A stretch of DNA of 21,496 bases from an uncultured virus (IMG/VR IMGVR_UViG_3300027673_000002) (taxonomy: Duplodnaviria; Heunggongvirae; Uroviricota; Caudoviricetes), in IMG/VR virus record IMGVR_UViG_3300027673_000002, positions 62,001-83,496 of that record; one strand, given 5' to 3'. Within the stretch, counting starts at the first letter, position 1, and each line of letters opens with the position of its first letter. The notes under the pieces are model-generated. The model was not told the origin of the DNA. It worked only from the letters and a program-made list of their open reading frames with translations, and did no database searches. A program made the position numbers and the translations under genes. This document shows positions 5,494-11,126 of this stretch, in pieces.

Positions 5494-6241
5494 AATCAAT
5501 AAACACAAAACCCCGGAATCCGGCATTATCTATCAAGGTCCGTCATTGATTGACGGTGCGCCGATTGTTTGCATTGTCGTCGCAAAATCAGACAATCGCA
5601 AAACTGGCAACATGGTTCAAACGTATATACTACGCTCGGATATAGACCCTATAGCGGCAAATAGAACGGGCGCGGATTATTCCATCTGTGGGAATTGTAA
5701 GCATAGGGGTAAGGCACAGCCTACAGATACAGGTAAGGGGCTAGCCATTGGCCGGACCTGCTATGTAAACATAGGGCAAGGCGTAGGGTCAGTGTATCGG
5801 GCTTTTCGTAATGGTTCTTACCCTATGCTAAGCCCCGAGCAAGCCACCAGAATGGGTTCGGGGCGAATGATTCGACTGGGAACGTATGGCGATGCATCGG
5901 CGGTGCCTAGCGAAGCTCTAAAGCCCCTTTTAAGCGCCGCAAAAGGCCATACCGCATACACGCACCAGTCGGGCCTGCTGGGTTCATCGGTTGACCTAAG
6001 CGCATTTATGGTTTCCGCCGATAGTGAAGCCGAAGCTTTGCAATGGCACGCTATGGGGAAGCGTACTTTCCGGGTTATTCCAATTGCAGATTCTAATAAG
6101 CCCCTATTGCAGAATGAGATAATGTGTCCGAATAGTACAAAGGGGATAGAATGCATTGATTGTCGGTTATGCAATGGTGGGAAAGTCGGGAAGTCTATTG
6201 CGATAGTAGCCCACGGTCCCACCGCTGGTAAATTCAAATAA
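5486..6241 (+). CDS. Cys-rich GP88/DUF7227-like protein (putative Fe-S, radical-SAM-like)
   Basis: SxNxKTG, CGNC...CY, RLGTYGD, AYTHQ and C-terminal CP...CIDCRLC motifs; family name recalled from memory. Confidence 0.7.
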   Translation: MPKINKHKTPESGIIYQGPSLIDGAPIVCIVVAKSDNRKTGNMVQTYILRSDIDPIAANRTGADYSICGNCKHRGKAQPTDTGKGLAIGRTCYVNIGQGVGSVYRAFRNGSYPMLSPEQATRMGSGRMIRLGTYGDASAVPSEALKPLLSAAKGHTAYTHQSGLLGSSVDLSAFMVSADSEAEALQWHAMGKRTFRVIPIADSNKPLLQNEIMCPNSTKGIECIDCRLCNGGKVGKSIAIVAHGPTAGKFK

Positions 6242-6261
6242 ACAAAAGGGGCAAATAAACA

Positions 6262-6318
6262 ATGATCGAATTACTCGCAATAATCGCCCTAATAGCAATA
6301 GCCATTAACCGACGTTAA
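6262..6318 (+). CDS. 18-aa hydrophobic peptide MIELLAIIALIAIAINRR
   Basis: AGGGG RBS at 6247-6251; lies between the GP88-like stop and the operon terminator. Confidence 0.55.
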   Translation: MIELLAIIALIAIAINRR

Positions 6319-6334
6319 TTAACCCCTATTTAAT

Positions 6335-6361
6335 AAGCCCGACTAATAATCGGGCTTTTTT
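6335..6361 (+). terminator. Rho-independent terminator
   Basis: AAGCCCGA-ctaataa-TCGGGCTT running into a T tract. Confidence 0.85.
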
Positions 6362-6711
6362 ATTGCCTATTAAATAACAGTGTTATACGTGCAATTAATA
6401 TATCGTATTGGCGCCTGGCGTTTAATTGATTTATATAATCGGGCATTCTAATAGCCTTTTAATTCGCTTTTAATTAATGCACGCTAATAGCGCCAGGGCT
6501 AATAGGCGTAATCAATCGTTATGATATTTTAATATCGTATAGCTATCGGGGCGGGGCGGTTGTATACCAGACTAAGCACCCATGCCAATTTTCGTTAAAA
6601 ACGACCTAAATTAAACACCCATTTAACGAAAATAAATCATTTCAATAATAAACAAAGCGCAAACAACGCAATAACAACTGCTCCAAAAGCTGTTATAACC
6701 TGCACAAAAGG

Positions 6712-6811
6712 CTCAGGAAGGTATCTAAAACGCTCTCAGTGCAATTTATTTTGAAAGTTAGTACCCAGATAGGTACAAAGCATAAAAACGCCTCAAAACG
6801 CGTTTAAATCG
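6712..6811 (-). repeat. ~100-bp dispersed element, copy A (gyrase-site-like)
   Basis: Reverse complement aligns block by block with 9547-9656. Confidence 0.7.
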
Positions 6812-6838
6812 GTCTTGTGATACTTGATATTTGGACGT

Positions 6839-6868
6839 AAAAAAAACCCCAAGCAGTTACGCTTAGGG
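6839..6868 (-). terminator. Rho-independent terminator of the clpP-phoH operon
   Basis: Minus strand reads CCCTAAGC-gtaact-GCTTGGGG followed by T8. Confidence 0.85.
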
Positions 6869-6883
6869 ATATTTCTATAATTT

Positions 6884-7540
6884 TTATTTTGCAGGTTCTT
6901 GGTTAGTACCTACTGACTTTTTAATTTTTTTAAGTTCTTTTTCTAGCAACTTAGCTCGTTTCTCAAGTCTAGACTGAACTTCTTCAGCTTGAAACCAAAT
7001 TTCACGACCCATTAAAACTTCAGCTAACTCCTGAGCAGTAAGGAAACCATTATACGCTTCGGCCATAATACGCTTACAACGCTGGTCTACATACGAAGCG
7101 TGAGAGATTACGTCTGATTGCTTACCAAATGACCCAAAGGATGCACTATGAATCATCATGCTACTATATGGTGAGATTTGAATACTAGGACTATACAGAG
7201 CAATAATACTTGCAGAACTAGCTGCTACACCATCAATGTTAACGTGTACTTCCGCTTCTGTGTTACGAATAGCATTTACAATAGCCATAGCTCCATCTAA
7301 ATCGCCACCGTATGAGTTGATATTTAGAATCAAACCGTCATTTTCTGTTAATGAACCAATGGTTTGAATTAGTGGTCTATAGTACTTTGGTTCCCGTATC
7401 TCTTCGTCAAGGTACGCTTTAATTAACCTACGCTGTAGCGTATTCTCGAAGAAAGGTAAGTGAATATTCATTGCATGCATGGGCATTTGCTCCTCTTCTT
7501 CTTCGTCGTTTAAGTTGATATTTTGTCGAGTCTTCATCAA
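6884..7540 (-). CDS. ClpP-like serine protease (S14 family)
   Basis: LNINSYGG, AASSAS (catalytic Ser), MMIH (catalytic His). Confidence 0.9.
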   Translation of the reverse strand: MMKTRQNINLNDEEEEEQMPMHAMNIHLPFFENTLQRRLIKAYLDEEIREPKYYRPLIQTIGSLTENDGLILNINSYGGDLDGAMAIVNAIRNTEAEVHVNIDGVAASSASIIALYSPSIQISPYSSMMIHSASFGSFGKQSDVISHASYVDQRCKRIMAEAYNGFLTAQELAEVLMGREIWFQAEEVQSRLEKRAKLLEKELKKIKKSVGTNQEPAK

Positions 7541-8289
7541 TTGATTCCTTTCTTTTCGTCCCTGACCAAATTGACTATAAATTTCTTTACAGCATCAGAT
7601 CGCACAATGTCGTCTACACTATTGAAATCAATATGACCGAATACATCCTGCATTCCGTGTCGCTCAATAAAATGAGCTAACCAAGCTAATCCGCTTTGCT
7701 CTTTTAGTTCAGACTGTCTTACGTCACCAGCTAATACCAAAGTGCTATTTCTACCCATGCGAGTAACCAATTTGATTACCTCGTCTTTGGTTAAATCGGA
7801 TGATTCCTCACAAAGCATGAAAGCGTCATTGACTGATAAACCTTTGACTACTTCCAGTGGAAGAAACTCAATATCTTGCTGTGCTAGAGCAATCTCAAAA
7901 GCTGCATGACCTAGGCGTTCTTTAAGAATACTAACCACAGGAGCTAACCAAACTTGCATTTTCTCGGTATGAGAACCAGTAAAGAAACCTACTGATTTAC
8001 TAGAACTGATAGCTGGCCTAGTAATGATAATTTTGTTAATCAGACCTAGTTTGAACTTATCAGCAGCAAGTACCGTAGGTACATAAGATTTGGATGTACC
8101 AGCAAAACCCGTTGCTACTACGATTGGCTTCTCTTCGAGCATCTTGATATAAGTCGCTTGCTTTTGATTGAGTGGTCGTAATGGATTGAGCTTTACCGTT
8201 TCTTCTCTTTCGGTTTTGAACTTTTCCTTAATCCGAGTAGGATCACGGCGTTCACCTTTCATTCGTTGGGTTTGCTTTGCTTGCTGCAT
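7537..8289 (-). CDS. phoH: PhoH-like ATPase
   Basis: PLNQKQ Q-motif, Walker A GFAGTSKS, IIITRP, TRMG, GDVRQ, DIVRS. Confidence 0.9.
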   Translation of the reverse strand: MQQAKQTQRMKGERRDPTRIKEKFKTEREETVKLNPLRPLNQKQATYIKMLEEKPIVVATGFAGTSKSYVPTVLAADKFKLGLINKIIITRPAISSSKSVGFFTGSHTEKMQVWLAPVVSILKERLGHAAFEIALAQQDIEFLPLEVVKGLSVNDAFMLCEESSDLTKDEVIKLVTRMGRNSTLVLAGDVRQSELKEQSGLAWLAHFIERHGMQDVFGHIDFNSVDDIVRSDAVKKFIVNLVRDEKKGIN

Positions 8290-8293
8290 AGAA

Positions 8294-8554
8294 TCAGGCA
8301 GTTTCGGTTGCAGTTTCTGGATCAGAACCTTCTTCTTTTACTTCTACAGGAGCTTCAACTTTATCAGATTTAGTCTTTTTAGCTTTAGCTTCTTTTTCTA
8401 CTTTTACGAAACCAATTTCGTAGATATTACCGTACACAGCAGGGCAGGTTTTTACATCATCTACATCAATCGTGTAACCATCTTTGAAATGCTGTTCTAG
8501 GACTTGACAGAACTCAACAAGAGAGTAAGCTTGAACTGTTTTAATTTCTTTCAT
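8294..8554 (-). CDS. Hypothetical protein (86 aa)
   Basis: AAGGAG RBS; first gene of the minus-strand operon. Confidence 0.85.
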   Translation of the reverse strand: MKEIKTVQAYSLVEFCQVLEQHFKDGYTIDVDDVKTCPAVYGNIYEIGFVKVEKEAKAKKTKSDKVEAPVEVKEEGSDPETATETA

Positions 8555-8591
8555 TTGGACTCCTTAAGGTTTGTGTTAACTAACAAGGTGA

Positions 8592-8620
8592 ATTATAGCA
8601 CAACCGACGCAGAAAAGCAA
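8592..8620 (-). promoter_or_regulatory. Sigma70 promoter (leftward)
   Basis: TTGCTT-17-TATAAT with extended TG on the minus strand. Confidence 0.75.
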
Positions 8621-8657
8621 ACGTTATATACCTCTTAGCAATATTTTCTAAGTACTA

Positions 8658-8686
8658 TTGACATTTTGTGCTTTGTGTGATACCCT
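8658..8686 (+). promoter_or_regulatory. Sigma70 promoter (rightward)
   Basis: TTGACA (8658-8663), 17 nt ending in TGn, TACCCT (8681-8686). Confidence 0.6.
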
Positions 8687-9037
8687 ATAAATAATATACG
8701 TATATTATATACATAATAACGCTAGTAACATTAGTAATAATACACGTTTAAACATACATATCATGTTAACGATTCCAATAGTAATATAGTTATTTAAAAC
8801 GTATATAGAAACTAAACTATAACTAACGTTATAAATATTGGATACGCGCACGAAGCAGAAAAGCTATCTTTGAGCTAATTCGTAAAACTTAATTCTTTTC
8901 TCTCTTGCTGGCTCACCCTAGTAGCGTTAATAGATTCTTAAGCTGCAATCCAATTGTGTCCTAAGCTGAAAGCGCAAACTCAAAACCAATTAACGAACGT
9001 ATAACGCTCATTACAACTTACGTATCCGAAAGATTTT

Positions 9038-9544
9038 ATGAAAGAACCTAACTACCTCAAAGAAATAAAAGAACTCATTGAGTTTGTGTCCGAGAAAGGA
9101 ACTTTCTTTCTCTTACGCAACAACGCTCGTTACCGTCAGCTATTCCCAGACGAAGACGGATACTTGATATTTTTCAGAAATAACAAAAAGTACAAACTTA
9201 AGGCTAGCAAGGTAGCTTATGAACTTGGAAATAATTCTATTGTGTCCAAAGATCATGTAATCCTGCATCGTAATCTTGATTTTGAAGACTACCGACTAAT
9301 CAACTTACGAAAAATCACAAAGAACCAATTCGCGCTGATCAAGGAAGCACACAAGAACCTAAACGGAGCTTTGAAACTCCTACCGCATCATCAGGATGTG
9401 TTCTCCTACGTACTGCATTGGAGAGAAAACGGAAAAGATAGATCGCAAGTCATCCAAGATATCGTACCTGCTCGTAAACAACTCGTAAGATTGCAGTTAA
9501 AATACGCTAAGATTCTGAGTACGTATTGCCTGTTCGATATCTAA
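9038..9544 (+). CDS. Degenerate HNH (HNH_3-type) protein with AP2-like C-terminus
   Basis: ASKVAYELGNNSIVSKDHVILHRNLDFEDYRLINLRKIT aligns with HRLAWE...IDHxNGxxxDNRxxNL. Confidence 0.7.
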   Translation: MKEPNYLKEIKELIEFVSEKGTFFLLRNNARYRQLFPDEDGYLIFFRNNKKYKLKASKVAYELGNNSIVSKDHVILHRNLDFEDYRLINLRKITKNQFALIKEAHKNLNGALKLLPHHQDVFSYVLHWRENGKDRSQVIQDIVPARKQLVRLQLKYAKILSTYCLFDI

Positions 9545-9546
9545 AT

Positions 9547-9656
9547 CGATTTAAACGCCCTACAAGGCGTTTTTACACCCTCTGGCTACCTACCCATCAA
9601 CTTTCGTAGAAAACCGCGTATACGTCGATCTGATGCGTTCTAGAGGTATTCCTGAG
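9547..9656 (+). repeat. ~110-bp dispersed element, copy B (gyrase-site-like)
   Basis: CGATTTAAACGC, AGGCGTTTTTA, AACTTTC, GCGTTYTAGA and TTCCTGAG blocks shared with the reverse complement of 6712-6811. Confidence 0.7.
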
Positions 9657-9726
9657 TCGCATGAAAGCTGTATGTTCTTACCTAAGATCAATTCTATTGA
9701 TATTTAGATAAATTCATTGATTCTTC

Positions 9727-9755
9727 TTGATATTGGATATTTACTATGCTATAAT
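9727..9755 (+). promoter_or_regulatory. Sigma70 promoter
   Basis: TTGATA-17-TATAAT with extended TG. Confidence 0.8.
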
Positions 9756-9761
9756 TAGCAA

Positions 9762-9960
9762 ATCAAGTAAATTTAAAGCACTAATCAATAGTAAAATACC
9801 TCATTAAGCGAGTTATGACTGCTTCGATACTACCTTGTTTTAAATATTGCTTGATGTAAACCTTTTGGATTCGTTAGCACTTTCCCTCCTTTAATGCTAG
9901 CTTTTACCAAAGCTGGATTAGTAACCAGCGACTATTTGGTTCCTAGGGTTTGTACTAGGA
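9762..9960 (+). ncRNA. Putative structured leader / small RNA
   Basis: Begins near the predicted +1; long stem 9762-9855 plus further hairpins at 9875-9899, 9912-9929 and 9941-9960. Confidence 0.45.
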
Positions 9961-9984
9961 TTTAGTAAAAAGGAATAAATAATA

Positions 9985-10176
9985 ATGAAATGCTTTAGTT
10001 GCGGAGCTTACTTCAGACAACACCCTTACAACAGAACTAACCAGTGCGATGGATGCTCTGGATTTGATGCTGGAATGGATGATGAAATGCAAGTTGAGAT
10101 TGAACTACTCAGGAATAAGTCAGGTAGAACACAACCTGTAATTTCTGAAGATAGAGGTCTTGACAGCTACGACTAG
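9985..10176 (+). CDS. Small Zn-ribbon-like protein (63 aa)
   Basis: CFSC...CDGC; AAGGA RBS. Confidence 0.75.
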   Translation: MKCFSCGAYFRQHPYNRTNQCDGCSGFDAGMDDEMQVEIELLRNKSGRTQPVISEDRGLDSYD

Positions 10177-10188
10177 TTGGTATATAAT
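10160..10188 (+). promoter_or_regulatory. Consensus sigma70 promoter for the tRNA cluster
   Basis: TTGACA (10160-10165), 17 nt, TATAAT (10183-10188). Confidence 0.9.
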
Positions 10189-10196
10189 TATTTTTC

Positions 10197-10271
10197 GCTC
10201 TTAAAGCATTATGGGTGATGCACCGGCTTTGTAACCCGGAGAACTTAGTTCAACTCTATGTGAGAGCACCA
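10197..10271 (+). tRNA. tRNA-Thr(TGT)
   Basis: Acceptor GCTCTTA/TGAGAGC, anticodon loop TTTGTAA, T-loop TTCAACT, encoded CCA. Confidence 0.85.
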
Positions 10272-10328
10272 ATGTCTGCAATAACCGTCTTTACACGATC
10301 TAAGGACTGTTATTACAGACATATTCAT

Positions 10329-10404
10329 TGCGGGATAGCTCAGTGGTAGAGCAGTGGATTCATAATCCAAAGGTCGTTGGTTCGAACCCAACTCGTCGCA
10401 ACCA
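10329..10404 (+). tRNA. tRNA-Met(CAT), fMet-like body
   Basis: Anticodon loop TTCATAA, GTTGG-TTCGAAC-CCAAC T-arm, CCA; one extra nucleotide in the 3' acceptor strand. Confidence 0.85.
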
Positions 10405-10517
10405 GAAACAAAGTTTCGCAGTTGACTTCTGCGAAGCGCAACCATAAAATCGTAGGTTGGAATAATAGTTACTTAACTCCGCGAAAGTCGAGCAGTAAAC
10501 ACCAACCGAATTAACAT

Positions 10518-10594
10518 GGGTCAGTAGCTCAAATGGGAGAGCAGGTGCCTTGCAAGCATCAGGTTGTCGGTTCGATTCCGACCTGTATCCACCA
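10518..10594 (+). tRNA. tRNA-Ala(TGC)
   Basis: GGTGC-CTTGCAA-GCATC; G3-U70 wobble; CCA; one extra nucleotide in the 3' acceptor strand. Confidence 0.9.
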
Positions 10595-10600
10595 AAAACT

Positions 10601-10679
10601 GGCCCTGTCGTCTACGTAGGTTTTAGGACGCCAGCCTTTCACGTTGGAAAATCGGGTTCGACTCCCGATGGGGCTACCA
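10601..10679 (+). tRNA. tRNA-Glu(TTC)
   Basis: CCAGC-CTTTCAC-GTTGG; TCGGG-TTCGACT-CCCGA; CCA. Confidence 0.85.
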
Positions 10680-10684
10680 AAATT

Positions 10685-10762
10685 CTGTATATAGGCTAGC
10701 TTGGTTAAGTCACCTGATTTGGGGTCAGGAAGTCGGTGGTTCGAACCCATCTATACAGACCA
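10685..10762 (+). tRNA. tRNA-Pro(TGG)
   Basis: CTGTATA/TATACAG acceptor; CCTGA-TTTGGGG-TCAGG; CCA. Confidence 0.9.
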
Positions 10763-10768
10763 AATAAC

Positions 10769-10845
10769 GCGATTGTGACGGAATTGGTATACGTACTTGC
10801 CTTAGAAGCAAGGTTCTTAGAGTTCGAGTCTCTACTATCGCACCA
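10769..10845 (+). tRNA. tRNA-Leu(TAG) with short variable loop
   Basis: CTTGC-CTTAGAA-GCAAG; TAGAG-TTCGAGT-CTCTA; A73 and CCA. Confidence 0.85.
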
Positions 10846-10883
10846 GTCAAATTAAAATTCTAACTAAATCTAAAGGATTTAAA

Positions 10884-11123
10884 ATGCAAGTAAAAGAGTA
10901 CTACCAAGACCCGGTTAACGGTAACGTAGAGATTGAGTTTTCTAACGGTGATCAGAAAAATTACAACCTACAAGAAGTAGCTGTAGTTAAAACAGACAGT
11001 AATGGAGTTGCCACCGGTCTAATTGGTCCACAGGGTAAAGACTTTCTGGTTATTTCTGCATTACTCCCGGTAGACGCCGATGGCCGCCCGGACGGCACCA
11101 TCTACATTCAAACGGCGGCCTAA
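10884..11123 (+). CDS. Small putative virion adapter protein (79 aa)
   Basis: AAGGA RBS; C-terminal VISALLPVDADGRPDGTIYIQT resembles fibre hinge/docking motifs; last ~50 nt are GC-rich. Confidence 0.7.
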   Translation: MQVKEYYQDPVNGNVEIEFSNGDQKNYNLQEVAVVKTDSNGVATGLIGPQGKDFLVISALLPVDADGRPDGTIYIQTAA

Positions 11124-11126
11124 GCC

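Noticed and set aside
5818..6237. 139-aa minus-strand ORF and similar antisense or alternate-frame ORFs within long genes
   Set aside because: Nested in well-supported genes with no recognisable motifs.
8686..8693. T4-type late promoter TATAAATA
   Set aside because: Lies in very AT-rich DNA overlapping a sigma70 -10. Structural genes here have sigma70-type promoters and the terminase/portal are not T4-like.
6712..9656. Invertible segment or transposon bounded by the inverted ~100-bp elements
   Set aside because: The copies match only in spaced blocks, no recombinase or transposase is present, and a third partial copy lies elsewhere.
10474..10500. TAACTCCGC resembling a twister ribozyme start, and AGCAG resembling SRP RNA
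   Set aside because: The twister partner elements (GG...AAGCC, GCGGAG) and the SRP CAGG loop strand are absent.
10245..10750. Minus-strand ORFs 10245-10445 and 10559-10750
   Set aside because: Antisense shadows of tRNA genes.
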